This document shows, one piece after another, positions 28,610-38,673 of a stretch of 64,000 nt of DNA. This DNA comes from Candidatus Thorarchaeota archaeon (GTDB lineage Archaea > Asgardarchaeota > Thorarchaeia > Thorarchaeales > Thorarchaeaceae). Position 1 is the first letter of the stretch. Each line of letters opens with the position of its first letter. The stretch covers positions 2,891,006 through 2,955,005 of the forward strand of contig CP070761.1 of NCBI GenBank assembly GCA_020348985.1, written 5' to 3'. The notes under the pieces are model-generated. The model saw only the letters and a list, made by a program, of their open reading frames with translations, was not told where the DNA came from and did no database searches. Position numbers and translations under genes: made by a program.

Positions 28610-29440
28610 CTATTTCAGCGAGCGCGACCAGTACCTTTTCTTGCTTGCACTCTTTTCCTCATCCATTTCTGCAAGAATTCGAACTGCTTCATTGCCGCAG
28701 TCGATGACATCATCTTCTCCTTTTACTTCAAACTCGTTCTTCACTCTGTTGGCATAGACCGCGCAGACTGCACCGGACCTGAAGCCGTATATGTTTGCCA
28801 GCGTGAACAGGGTCGCAGCCTCCATTTCGAAGTTCGCAACATTTGCACGTTGCAGGTCGTCAATCAAAGATTCGCTCATTGATTGAGTATAGCCCCCAAA
28901 ACCCGGTCTAGATTGACCAAGATAGAATGAATCTGTGGAAGCAGTAACACCGAGATGATAGTTGAATCCAAGATTCTCAGCAGCCTCAACCATCGCCAAG
29001 ACTACCTCATAATGAGCAGAAGCTGGATACTCGGGGCGAACATACTGCTTGCTTGTACCCTCCAGCCGCACTCCGCCGGTAGAGATTATCAAATCGCCAA
29101 TCTCGATGTCAGGCTTCAGAGTTGCACATGACCCAATCCTAACAAAGGTTCGTACCCCTACATTGGCCAATTCCTCAATTGCGATGGCAGTTCCTGGCCC
29201 TCCAATACCTGTGGAGCAAGCAGAGACAGGAACGCCCTTGAATGTCCCCGTGTGAGTCACATACTGGCGATGAACCGCCACCTCGCGGAATTCATCCCAT
29301 CTGGAGCTCATCTTTGTCACTCGTTGAGGGTCTCCTGGCAGTAGAACGGAAGCTGCGACATCGCCTTCCTTCACTTCTATGTGATACTGCTTCCTGTCGG
29401 TGGTTACAGGTTTGTCTGCCGGTATAATGTCCCTACTCAT
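28610..29440 (-). CDS. udp: Uridine phosphorylase
   Basis: QYHI, LPGDP.R, STGIGGP, DSFY.GQ.R and NFEMEAA motifs. Confidence 0.9.
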   Translation of the reverse strand: MSRDIIPADKPVTTDRKQYHIEVKEGDVAASVLLPGDPQRVTKMSSRWDEFREVAVHRQYVTHTGTFKGVPVSACSTGIGGPGTAIAIEELANVGVRTFVRIGSCATLKPDIEIGDLIISTGGVRLEGTSKQYVRPEYPASAHYEVVLAMVEAAENLGFNYHLGVTASTDSFYLGQSRPGFGGYTQSMSESLIDDLQRANVANFEMEAATLFTLANIYGFRSGAVCAVYANRVKNEFEVKGEDDVIDCGNEAVRILAEMDEEKSASKKRYWSRSLK

Positions 29441-29642
29441 TCAACTCACACACCTTTTTGCGAATGACATGCCGGGCTATTTCCGTTTCGGCCAAGCGTT
29501 ACTATTATATGGTTGTAGAATACTAACGATATCGCTGAGGACGCCACAGAACGAAACACCTATATCACACCCGTTTCGGGTTGCGCCCTCGGGGAAGGAA
29601 TCGGAGAAACCCGCACATAGACAAGAATGGAGCAAGACAACA

Positions 29643-30791
29643 ATGGTGGAGACCACTATCACTGCAATCAAGGCTGACATTGGCTCTCTGGCAGGCCACG
29701 TAGTTGTGCCTGATTTCATACTTGAGATAGCGAGGAAGTCCTTGAAAGAAGCGGTTGAAAAGAAGATAATCAATGACTTCTACGTGACCCACGCAGGTGA
29801 TGACCTCGAGCTTATTATGACCCATAGCAAAGGCGAAGACAACGAGGACGTTCACAAGCTTGCTTGGGACACTTTCATGAAGGGCACTGAAAAAGCACGA
29901 GAATTGAAGATCTACGCTGCAGGACAAGATATCCTTTCGGATACGTTCAGTGGCAACGTCAAAGGTATGGGTCCTGGATCTGCAGAAATGACAATCGAAG
30001 AGAGAAAGTCCGAGCCAATTGGCATATTCTGTGCAGATAAGACTGAGCCTGGTTGTTTCAATCTGCCGTTGTTCAGGATGTATGCAGATCCGTTCAACAC
30101 TGCAGGACTCATTATTGACCCGAATCTTCACGATGGTTTCAGATTCGTCGTTCAGGATATCAAGAAAGAAGTGCCCTGCTTCATAGAGATGAAGTGTCCA
30201 GAGGAGATGTATGACCTTCTCGCTCTTATCGGAAGCACTGGCACATACACCATCAGGAAGGTCTACCGAGCTGACGGCTTGATCACCGCAGCAGTTAGCA
30301 CAGATAAGCTCCACAAAATCGCAGGCAAGTACGTCGGAAAAGATGATCCAGTTGCGATAGTCCGGGCACATTCTGGACTTCCTGCAATGGGAGAAGTACT
30401 TGAAGCATTTTCTTTGCCGCACTTGGTCTCGGGCTGGATGCGTGGTTCTCACGCCGGGCCACTTATGCCGGTGGGACTCAAAGATTCTAGGTGCACAAGA
30501 TTCGATGGGCCTCCTCGAGTAATCGGTCTCGGTTTCCAGGTCAGCAATGGCAGGCTAATCGGTCCAATTGACATGTTCGAAGATGTTGCCTTCGACATCA
30601 GTCGACAAAGAGCAATGGAAATTGCTGATTATCTCAGAAGGCACGGGCCTTTCATGCCTCACAGGCTGCACGACATGGACATGGAATACACAACCCTGCC
30701 TGGTGTACTCACAAAGTGTGAAGCCCGGTTTGTCGAAGAAGAACCTTCCTCGGAAGGTAAAGCAAGAGACACATCAGAATCTGCGGAATAG
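29643..30791 (+). CDS. fbp: Fructose-1,6-bisphosphate aldolase/phosphatase (class V)
   Basis: IKADIGS..GH, GDD, DKTEPG, YVGKDDP, GWMRGSH and MEYT motifs. True start is ATG 29643. Confidence 0.96.
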   Translation: MVETTITAIKADIGSLAGHVVVPDFILEIARKSLKEAVEKKIINDFYVTHAGDDLELIMTHSKGEDNEDVHKLAWDTFMKGTEKARELKIYAAGQDILSDTFSGNVKGMGPGSAEMTIEERKSEPIGIFCADKTEPGCFNLPLFRMYADPFNTAGLIIDPNLHDGFRFVVQDIKKEVPCFIEMKCPEEMYDLLALIGSTGTYTIRKVYRADGLITAAVSTDKLHKIAGKYVGKDDPVAIVRAHSGLPAMGEVLEAFSLPHLVSGWMRGSHAGPLMPVGLKDSRCTRFDGPPRVIGLGFQVSNGRLIGPIDMFEDVAFDISRQRAMEIADYLRRHGPFMPHRLHDMDMEYTTLPGVLTKCEARFVEEEPSSEGKARDTSESAE

Positions 30792-30813
30792 CAGTGTCAA
30801 AATCTCGTAATAA

Positions 30814-30845
30814 TGGCCCTGCTCGGAGAGCAACCGAGAGGGCTA
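30814..30845. terminator. Hairpin between convergent fbp and parvulin genes
   Basis: TGGCCCT-G-CTCGG-AGAGCAA-CCGAG-AGGGCTA inverted repeat. Confidence 0.45.
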
Positions 30846-30905
30846 CTCCACCCACCTCACTCTGTTTATGAATGCCGCGCCAGGAGCTAGCGCACATCTG
30901 ACCAA

Positions 30906-31205
30906 CTAACCAGTTCGCTTGATGACATGATATCCAAACTGTGTCTTTACAGGGTCCACTGTCATAGCACCGATATTGAGACCAAACACAGCTCTTTCGA
31001 ACTCCTTGACCATCTGTCCTCTTCCAAAATAGCCAAGGTCTCCACCCTTCTTGGCTGACGAGCAGGTGCTGAACTGTCGTGCCATTTCGTTGAAGTCGGC
31101 CCCTTCAGCGATTCTTCTAATAATCTCTTGTGCGAGGCTGTGTTTCTCGACCAAGATGTGACTGGCCCTTATTTTGCCAGCTTTTGCTTTCTTCTTCTTT
31201 GCCAT
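30906..31205 (-). CDS. Parvulin-type peptidyl-prolyl isomerase
   Basis: RASHILV, S.CSS...GGDLGYF..GQMV.EFE and KTQFGYHVIK motifs. Start at MAKKKK. Confidence 0.93.
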   Translation of the reverse strand: MAKKKKAKAGKIRASHILVEKHSLAQEIIRRIAEGADFNEMARQFSTCSSAKKGGDLGYFGRGQMVKEFERAVFGLNIGAMTVDPVKTQFGYHVIKRTG

Positions 31206-31363
31206 CGAGATCACCAAGACTTCGACACTTTGTTGTCTGAGGAGTAGTCTCATACTCACCCTTTCATAAACCCTCTCAAATGTGTCCGCCTACTCTTAAC
31301 CTTCCTGGGCGCACATAACAGAGAGTTTAATCGCAGAAACGAGATACTGGCAGTCACCCGAGG

Positions 31364-32413
31364 ATGAACGCAATGAAGGTTACGCTTTTTGAGGAGCACG
31401 GCGGTCCCGACGTACTTCAGTATACAGAGTATCCAAAACCCGAAGTCGGGCCTAAACAAGTTCTTGTAGAGATTAAGGCGGTGGCGTTGAATCATCTCGA
31501 TTTGTTTGTAAGAAGTGGGATTCCGGGGCTGAAGCTTCCACTGCCACATATACTTGGTAGCGATATCTCAGGAGTCATCGCGGAAGCTGGAGAAGATGTC
31601 CCTCAGCATCTCGAAGTCGGGCAGAAGGTCGTAATTGACCCTGGGATTTCGTGTAGGGTGTGTGAGTTTTGTGTTGCTGGTGAAGAGTCTCTGTGTCCAA
31701 CCTACGGGATTCTTGGCGAGCATTCCAAGGGTGGATATGCAGAGTATATCGCCATCGACTCGGATAGTGTGATATCGATTCCCGATACAGCAAACGTTGA
31801 TTTCATCCAGGCAGCGGCGGTCCCATTGACATTCATGACTGCTTGGCGGCTGATGGTAACAAAGGCAAGGGTACGACCTGGGGATGATGTGCTGATAATC
31901 GGCATAGGGGGCGGGGTGGCCGTGGCCGCACTCCAAATCGCAAAACTAGCTGGAGCGAGAACAATCGTCACAAGTTCTTCTGATGTGAAGCTGGAGAAGG
32001 CTCGTCAGCTGGGCGCCGATATCGGAATCAACCACAGCGATACGCCGGAGTACCATAGAGAAGTCTACTCGCTGACAGGTAAGAGGGGTGTTGACATTGT
32101 TGTCGACTCGGTAGGGGAGGCAACATGGAGCAAAAGTCTACGAAGTCTCAGAAAGGGCGGCCGGCTTGTTACGCCAGGTGCAACATCCGGACCTAATGCA
32201 GTCACGAACGTGAATCTCGTTTTCTGGAAACAACTCGAGATACTTGGATCAACAATGGGGAGTCGCTCAGAGCTAAGAGAAGTACTCAAGTTGGTATGGG
32301 ACTGCAAGTTACATCCTGTAGTTGACAGTGTCTATCCTCTCTCAAAAGCTAAAGAAGCCCATGAATTTCTCGAAAAGGGTGGTCAGTTCGGAAAACTGGT
32401 TCTAAGACCATGA
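31364..32413 (+). CDS. Zn-binding MDR oxidoreductase (quinone/enoyl reductase-like)
   Basis: NHLD, GSD, C..C..C.......C, GIGGGVA and QFGKLVL motifs. Confidence 0.88.
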   Translation: MNAMKVTLFEEHGGPDVLQYTEYPKPEVGPKQVLVEIKAVALNHLDLFVRSGIPGLKLPLPHILGSDISGVIAEAGEDVPQHLEVGQKVVIDPGISCRVCEFCVAGEESLCPTYGILGEHSKGGYAEYIAIDSDSVISIPDTANVDFIQAAAVPLTFMTAWRLMVTKARVRPGDDVLIIGIGGGVAVAALQIAKLAGARTIVTSSSDVKLEKARQLGADIGINHSDTPEYHREVYSLTGKRGVDIVVDSVGEATWSKSLRSLRKGGRLVTPGATSGPNAVTNVNLVFWKQLEILGSTMGSRSELREVLKLVWDCKLHPVVDSVYPLSKAKEAHEFLEKGGQFGKLVLRP

Positions 32414-32515
32414 AAATCTCTCTCAATTAGTACATTAGGGCCAATAATACCCAGAATACCATCCAGAAATGACACCGATTCATTAGGAGATTGGCTATCA
32501 TCTTTCTTGGTAAGA

Positions 32516-32746
32516 ATGAAAGTAGTCACGATATGCATTCCAGAATCCTACATAGAAGGACTTGACAGACTCATCGATCAAAGCAAGTACCCCAACCGTT
32601 CAGAGATTATCCGGATTGCAATTCGTGATCTCTTGGTGGATGAGCTCTGGGGGCAACGTAAGAAGGAAGATGATGTCCCATTGATTCTGCAGCTTGAGCG
32701 GCTGACAAACCCGCCGCATGCCACATTGGATATTGACACACACTAG
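32516..32746 (+). CDS. Ribbon-helix-helix (CopG/NikR-N) regulator
   Basis: MKVVTICIP...LDRLI...YPNRSEIIRIAIRDLL. Confidence 0.88.
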   Translation: MKVVTICIPESYIEGLDRLIDQSKYPNRSEIIRIAIRDLLVDELWGQRKKEDDVPLILQLERLTNPPHATLDIDTH

Positions 32747-32864
32747 TAGAGTGTGTGGGAGCTACGTTTTTTAGTTGTGATACCGAAACTCTTGTGGGAC
32801 TGTGTGCGGCGGATTCTACTCGTCGTGTTCCAGCCCTATTCAGCAGTGCCAGAGGTAGCAAGTA

Positions 32865-33449
32865 ATGTCATTAAGAAGACTGTTTGGTCGCAAGAAGAAG
32901 GACGAAGATGAAAAGAAAGAATCAACCGAAGTAAAACAGGCTGAAGTAGCACCTGCTGAACCGGAGGAAACAGTTTCAGAAGAGCCCATGGAAGCACCTG
33001 CAGGTCTTGTTGAAGAGGCCCCGACTGAAGAGATTACGACGCCTCCTGGGGCTGCTATACCTTATCATGATTCACTGAAGGATCGTCTGATGTTCTTTTT
33101 CAGCGGTGAGAGCGGCGCTGGTGTTGAGGCACCAGATGAGTTCATGATCGAATTCATGGCAATGGGAGAACGTTTCCACATTGTGAAGAGACCAATGGGT
33201 GGGGTGGAACTGGGGACGGGATCCATCAGTGATGAAGATGCCTTCGTCCGGGTCGGTCAAGAACTCATACAAGACTTGCTGTCGGCGGCATCCTTCGAGC
33301 AGTTCTCAGAAATCTTCATTCAATACTACAGAAACCCTGGTCCTGGGAAATTCATCAAGATAGAGCTCCGAAAAGCCATGTTCGACCTCAATAGAAGGGG
33401 ATATGCTCGAGTTCCCATCCTTAAGTTACTAACTGGTCAGGCGAGATAG
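32865..33449 (+). CDS. Hypothetical protein: amphipathic N-terminus, acidic linker, SCP2-like C-domain
   Basis: MSLRRLFGRKKK, then an E/P-rich linker and a globular alpha/beta C-terminus. Confidence 0.7.
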   Translation: MSLRRLFGRKKKDEDEKKESTEVKQAEVAPAEPEETVSEEPMEAPAGLVEEAPTEEITTPPGAAIPYHDSLKDRLMFFFSGESGAGVEAPDEFMIEFMAMGERFHIVKRPMGGVELGTGSISDEDAFVRVGQELIQDLLSAASFEQFSEIFIQYYRNPGPGKFIKIELRKAMFDLNRRGYARVPILKLLTGQAR

Positions 33450-33527
33450 CATAGGTACTTATTAGCGAGCCAATAAGCAACCGGTTGGCTGAAAGATCGT
33501 TAGAGCGTTTCAGCAGGATGACAAGAC

Positions 33528-34208
33528 ATGGTGAGTATTCCATTACCGGTCATTGCTGTAAATTTCAAAACCTATCCACAAGCAACAGGTGCAAAGGCAG
33601 TTCTGCTAGCCAAGGCTTGTGAGAAGGCCTCGGAAGAGTTCGGGGTCTCCGCAGTTGTTGCACCCCAAGTATCCGATTTGTACAGAGTGAGTCAGGAGGT
33701 CAATATCCCTGTGTTCTCTCAGCATATGGATCCCGGTGACCCCGGAAGGTTCACGGGTCACGTGCTCGGAGAAACTCTTCTCGAATCAGGATGTTCGGGT
33801 ACTCTTCTCAATCATTCGGAGAACAGGATGCAGCTGGCCGACATTGAAGCCTCGGTAAGAAAAGCTGAGAAGCTCGATCTCTACACAATCGTGTGCACCA
33901 ACAATCCGCAAGTGAGTGTGGCAGCGGCATCAATTGGCCCTTCTGCAGTAGCAGTAGAGCCACCAGAGCTAATTGGTACTGGGATCTCCGTATCCCAAGC
34001 CCAACCTGAGGTCATCTCTGGCACTGTTGAGAAGATAAGGGCAGTGAATCCAGATGTTGTGATTTTATGCGGTGCTGGAATCAGTAATGGCGATGATGTC
34101 CTTGCAGCATCCAAGCTGGGATCGCAAGGAGTCCTTCTGGCATCAGCCGTGGCCAAATCGGACAAGCCCGAAGAGGTTCTCGCGGACCTAATGAGACCTC
34201 TAGCTTAG
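33528..34208 (+). CDS. tpiA: Triosephosphate isomerase (archaeal type)
   Basis: VNFKTY, NHSE, AVEPPELIGTG and GAGI motifs. Confidence 0.96.
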   Translation: MVSIPLPVIAVNFKTYPQATGAKAVLLAKACEKASEEFGVSAVVAPQVSDLYRVSQEVNIPVFSQHMDPGDPGRFTGHVLGETLLESGCSGTLLNHSENRMQLADIEASVRKAEKLDLYTIVCTNNPQVSVAAASIGPSAVAVEPPELIGTGISVSQAQPEVISGTVEKIRAVNPDVVILCGAGISNGDDVLAASKLGSQGVLLASAVAKSDKPEEVLADLMRPLA

Positions 34209-34267
34209 TGGCCCCTTCCACATTCTTTTTACTTGAACTCAATTGGCTTTGAATCCGGGCGATAATC

Positions 34268-35158
34268 TTGAAGGTCACACTCTATTGTGCACACTGTCTT
34301 CTTGAAAGAGCAGTGAATCAGGTGAAGCTTGCCACGGATGATGAGAATACTCGGCTGGAAGTTACAACCGTGATGCTTCAGTTTCTAGCTGACAACTTCA
34401 ATGACGAATCTGTTCCGAGCCACATAGGAACAGACAGAGATCTGATAGTGCAGGAGATGACCGGAAAGGACCCTTATGCAGAACTCAAGCAAATTTCGAA
34501 TCAGATGGCATTGAGCATCTTACCCGAGCTCAAGGCACTGGTTGATGAAGCTCCCAATGAAGATGACAGATTCCGAAGGGCGGCTTTGATTGCTGCCGCG
34601 GCAAATGCAATAGAGTTCGATGTCTCAGGTCGTGAATTCAGTCTAGATGATCTAAGAGCCATTCTTGAAAGTGTCGAGTCAGACCTAGTCATCGATCAAG
34701 TCAGTGAATTCATGAATCTCTGTCGAAGTGTTGACGAAGTGACATATCTCATGGACAACTCTGGAGAGATTGTCCTGGATATGATTCTCATTGGTGAGCT
34801 AAGACGCATAGGTCCTAGAGTGGTTGCTGTGGTTAAGGGGGGTCCCGTCCTCAATGATGCTACAATGATCGACGCAGAAGAAGTCGGTCTCATGGAGTGT
34901 GCAGACGAAGTTCGCCATACAGGTGCGTCCGCGATTGGTGTGAATCTGGAACGTGTTTCTGGTGAATTCAAGGAGTTGTTCCAGAAATCCCAACTGATTG
35001 TTGCCAAAGGTATGGGAAATTACGAATCTCTTACAGAGCTAGAACCAACAGCTCCGGTAGTCCATATCCTTAGGACAAAGTGTTCTCCCGTGGCTGACCA
35101 CATCGGTGTCGCTCGTGACAAGAATGTGATCTTGATTCGCTACCCTAAGAGTGGCTAG
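34268..35158 (+). CDS. DUF89/ARMT1-like damage-control phosphatase
   Basis: N-terminal C..C, DPY, DNSGE, NDAT and KGMGNYESL motifs. Confidence 0.9.
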   Translation: MKVTLYCAHCLLERAVNQVKLATDDENTRLEVTTVMLQFLADNFNDESVPSHIGTDRDLIVQEMTGKDPYAELKQISNQMALSILPELKALVDEAPNEDDRFRRAALIAAAANAIEFDVSGREFSLDDLRAILESVESDLVIDQVSEFMNLCRSVDEVTYLMDNSGEIVLDMILIGELRRIGPRVVAVVKGGPVLNDATMIDAEEVGLMECADEVRHTGASAIGVNLERVSGEFKELFQKSQLIVAKGMGNYESLTELEPTAPVVHILRTKCSPVADHIGVARDKNVILIRYPKSG

Positions 35159-35175
35159 ACGAACCACATAGTACC

Positions 35176-35991
35176 CTATCTTCGAGTGAGTGACCTAGTA
35201 TATGAGAGACTCTTGTAGAACTCAACCTTCAGTTCTGGAAACTCCAGGCTCATCTGATGTCTTAGTCTCTCCATTCCTGGGTCCTCTGTGACAAACGGTC
35301 CCAGTTCAAGTGTGCTGATGCCTTCTTCATGAGCCATCATCCTGACATCAGGGGCCAGTTCTCCGGTCACAATCGTTCCGACATCTTCACTCTTAGCGGA
35401 GATTATTTCTGAGATGTCGATATAGCTCCCCGGAAAAATCAAAATTGACTGGACTTCATCATCCAAATCGCCCGAAAAAGTAACAGATTCCATTCCAAGC
35501 TTATCCGCCACAAAGTCTGAGAATCTTGAGTGATTCATCACATCGCTCGGACCGCATACTCTCCCTGCAGGAACGACATCTGTCAAATCCCCAGTGACAA
35601 CAAAATCACGTAGCCTCTTCAGACCAAGCAAATCGCATAGAGCATCGGCCATTCCATCTTTTACTCCAACCCAACCGCTCCCGAGAACATATGACGAGAT
35701 GTAGTTCTTTGAAAGCAATCTAATCCTTTTCAGGTCGAGACCAGTGATTCTGTCCACAATGAATGGGAACAATGGTCGAAAAGTAATGACAAGATTGGCC
35801 TTCTCTTGAGTTGCCTTGGTCACTGCTGCACCCGAAAGATAAGTTGTAATTACTACTCTGCTAATTGTGGTGTTTATCATGTCACTATCTGACTGGGGAC
35901 CTATCTCTACACGAGAATCGTGTCCCCGTATAGTGTAGTCCCTCGGAGCTATTCCTCTTAGATACTTCACGATTTCAAGAAGCGTGGTCAT
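35176..35991 (-). CDS. Nif3-like protein (metal ligands degenerate)
   Basis: Nif3 layout (AP.., A..EKANLVIT, GRV, PGS, VTGE, TEDPGM..L), but the usual HH and GH ligand sites read FR and GP. Confidence 0.75.
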   Translation of the reverse strand: MTTLLEIVKYLRGIAPRDYTIRGHDSRVEIGPQSDSDMINTTISRVVITTYLSGAAVTKATQEKANLVITFRPLFPFIVDRITGLDLKRIRLLSKNYISSYVLGSGWVGVKDGMADALCDLLGLKRLRDFVVTGDLTDVVPAGRVCGPSDVMNHSRFSDFVADKLGMESVTFSGDLDDEVQSILIFPGSYIDISEIISAKSEDVGTIVTGELAPDVRMMAHEEGISTLELGPFVTEDPGMERLRHQMSLEFPELKVEFYKSLSYTRSLTRR

Positions 35992-36101
35992 TGAAAGTCC
36001 CGTCCGTTCCCGAGCTCCCAGTGTGAGTAATGAGATCACTCAGAAAACCCACACACGAATCGAACTCTTCAGTCTTGTCCCTTCTAACCTATCTCCCAAT
36101 T

Positions 36102-38570
36102 CTATCTCGTACGGACCCGGAATAGTAGTACGATTACAACTACGGCAGCAATGACGCCACCAAGGATGAATTCCATTCCAATACCAGGGGTTGCTTCATC
36201 AGGCTCTACCTGATAGATTCCGTAGTTGATATCGTAAGTGTAACCAAAAGTGTCGACAACCGTGATTTGAATCAGAAGTGAAGTTTCGCCTGGGAAGGGG
36301 CCTATCTCAAGTCCATATCCATTCCCATAGTTCTCCATCGGAGCTGTTTGAGCATCTCCGCCTTCAACCACATACTCCAATGTGACAGAGGAGATGAACC
36401 TGTAGTCTCCTGGGTTTCTCAGGAGCAGAATCGTGATGGCATGTCCTCCCTCAACGAGCTCTTCTGAAACCTGGACGGAGGGGACGAAACCGTATGCTTC
36501 TACCATAATCGGTTTCGGCTTGTATGTCGTGTTGTAGTCTCTTACGTATAGCCCTATTCGAGCATAGCCATAGTCACCAACATCGTAGCCGAAGCCGACT
36601 ATTTCGGTGGATTGAGGTCCAATTTCCACCAACATTGACGGTAAGTCGAACGTGACCGCGTCTGCTATGACTGGAGTGACATTTACGCTAAGGCCTACGT
36701 CGAGATTGTTGGTGAATGTAATTGAAAAGGATCTGTTAGAATGAGGTTCCTCCAAACCGAAACTCTCGCCTAGCGGGCTCACTTCGATTCCAAGGATCAC
36801 ATCAGATACTGCGTCATTTGCCAGCTTAATTGCCCTTGTTGGATTCCAGTGTTCGAGGGAGCTTTCAGCATCAGCAAGGTAGAGTCTCGCAACACCAACA
36901 TCCTCGCCTGACAGCTCAAGTGCATCAAGCTGTGCTTCTGCATCGACAACGACCGTCTCCGCTTCATCCCATGTTTCCATGAATCTATCAACCCAGACTT
37001 TTTGGCCAAAGACTAGGCCATTGAATTTGTCGAGAATAACCGTCCTTCTATTCAAGAGCGCATCAACAATATCATCCACGGACAGCGTTCCATTGGGACC
37101 TGTTGGGTCTCGCACGAACAAGACATTGAGAATTCCGTCCAGATTCCTTGAGCCATGCGTATCACACGATGCTATGAACGGTGCGTGGTAGGCCGCTTCG
37201 CCTATTCCATGAATATAGCCCCTGTTGTTGACCTCGACCCCTTCGTACCCGATTGTTTCAAGCTGGTTGTAAGGCTCGGCGTGTTTTGGTGAAAGTGTTG
37301 GATGACTTAGGAAGACAACTCCTCCCTGGGCATGAATGCCATCAACGGCTTCCTGAACACTTGTAGTGAATATGTTCTCAGTCATCGGGAAGCCAACCAT
37401 GTGCGGTGTCCGGGATATCTCTGCTCCAATTCCGATGAGAACATCAAGATTGTATAGATCCCGAAGTGCCTTCACTTGGATTCCGCCGACAATTCCGTTC
37501 TGAGCAGGAGTCTCATACGAATGGTCTGTAACAATGAAGTAGTCCAGCTTGACTTCTAATGCTCGAAGCATTTGCTCCCAAGGAGTAGCAGTACCGTCAC
37601 TTACAGTCGTATGTTCATGAATAACACCACTGAAAATCTCATACTCCTCTATCTCTGTGCTGTTAATCTCCGGTCCACTACCAACTTCGATGATTGCTAG
37701 CTCAGGAGGATCAACTTCCCTTGGATTGTTTCCAACCAGCCAATCTATGACGTTTAGAGAGAACTGAAAGTGATCGTTCTCACCTACCTGCCCAGTTGCG
37801 GTAGTGCCCGGCTCATTTCGTCTATATTGCGAGAATGGTCCCGAAGAACCTACAGCCACAACCCTGCCAGAGCCGCTCTCTGAATATGCGACGAAGTCCT
37901 TTTCGTCTGACATGACAACAGATACTGCTGGACTTGTTACTTCCAGTGAACAACCGTATATGTCATCATTTGACGCATGAAGAGACTGGACGCTATAGGT
38001 CAGGTGATGGTCTTCTATCTCGTCAGCAGTACGTAGGCTCCACGTCATGACTCTGTCGAGGTTGAATGAAATCCCGTAAGTCTCCGAAACCGCATTCAAG
38101 TAGTCGGGCGTGTATATCCATCCAAGAGTTGTATAGTCAACTCCTACTAGCAAAAGGCTTCCACCGGCATCAACGAAGTCGTGAATTGCTGTTATTTCTC
38201 CTGCAGTGAGTGCCTCCTGAGGGAAGAACAAACACAGAACATCGTAGTCATTGAGAATGCCGGAGTCCAAGGAAGAACCCCAATTCATTGACACATTGTG
38301 ACCGTACTCTCTGAGAACCCAACCGAACATCGAGGCATTACCAGGAACCCAGATCTCTGATGTGGGTCCTGCATGTGACTCGTCAACAAGGATTCTAGCG
38401 CTTTCGAATGTCTGAGATGTCTCGTTCACATGAACAGGAGATGACACAGTTGTCGAATTGTCAAAGGCCGGTAGGGCCGGTGTCACAATCGGCAGTAGAA
38501 GGACAATCAAGATCAAAAGGCGACTAGAAAGACGAGTCACTTTAATCGAGACGAAGCGGGACCTTGTCAC
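36102..38570 (-). CDS. Secreted, membrane-anchored GIFT/DUF4350 + PHP-domain protein
   Basis: Signal peptide; ILVDESH, YDVL...P...EI.AI.DFV.AGGSLLL; PHP motifs HEHT..SDG, TDH, SHP, DTH; C-terminal TM helix. Confidence 0.8.
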   Translation of the reverse strand: MTRSRFVSIKVTRLSSRLLILIVLLLPIVTPALPAFDNSTTVSSPVHVNETSQTFESARILVDESHAGPTSEIWVPGNASMFGWVLREYGHNVSMNWGSSLDSGILNDYDVLCLFFPQEALTAGEITAIHDFVDAGGSLLLVGVDYTTLGWIYTPDYLNAVSETYGISFNLDRVMTWSLRTADEIEDHHLTYSVQSLHASNDDIYGCSLEVTSPAVSVVMSDEKDFVAYSESGSGRVVAVGSSGPFSQYRRNEPGTTATGQVGENDHFQFSLNVIDWLVGNNPREVDPPELAIIEVGSGPEINSTEIEEYEIFSGVIHEHTTVSDGTATPWEQMLRALEVKLDYFIVTDHSYETPAQNGIVGGIQVKALRDLYNLDVLIGIGAEISRTPHMVGFPMTENIFTTSVQEAVDGIHAQGGVVFLSHPTLSPKHAEPYNQLETIGYEGVEVNNRGYIHGIGEAAYHAPFIASCDTHGSRNLDGILNVLFVRDPTGPNGTLSVDDIVDALLNRRTVILDKFNGLVFGQKVWVDRFMETWDEAETVVVDAEAQLDALELSGEDVGVARLYLADAESSLEHWNPTRAIKLANDAVSDVILGIEVSPLGESFGLEEPHSNRSFSITFTNNLDVGLSVNVTPVIADAVTFDLPSMLVEIGPQSTEIVGFGYDVGDYGYARIGLYVRDYNTTYKPKPIMVEAYGFVPSVQVSEELVEGGHAITILLLRNPGDYRFISSVTLEYVVEGGDAQTAPMENYGNGYGLEIGPFPGETSLLIQITVVDTFGYTYDINYGIYQVEPDEATPGIGMEFILGGVIAAVVVIVLLFRVRTR

Positions 38571-38673
38571 TATTAAGGCTTACATTTGAGGAGTGGACAG
38601 CCTTGCAGCGTGTTGGCCGCTGATATGACTCCGTCCAACGAATCCTATGGTTAGTTTGGTCCGTCCTTCTGAG

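Noticed and set aside
29565-30452. 295-aa minus-strand ORF
   Set aside because: It is antisense to the highly conserved fbp gene and has no motifs.
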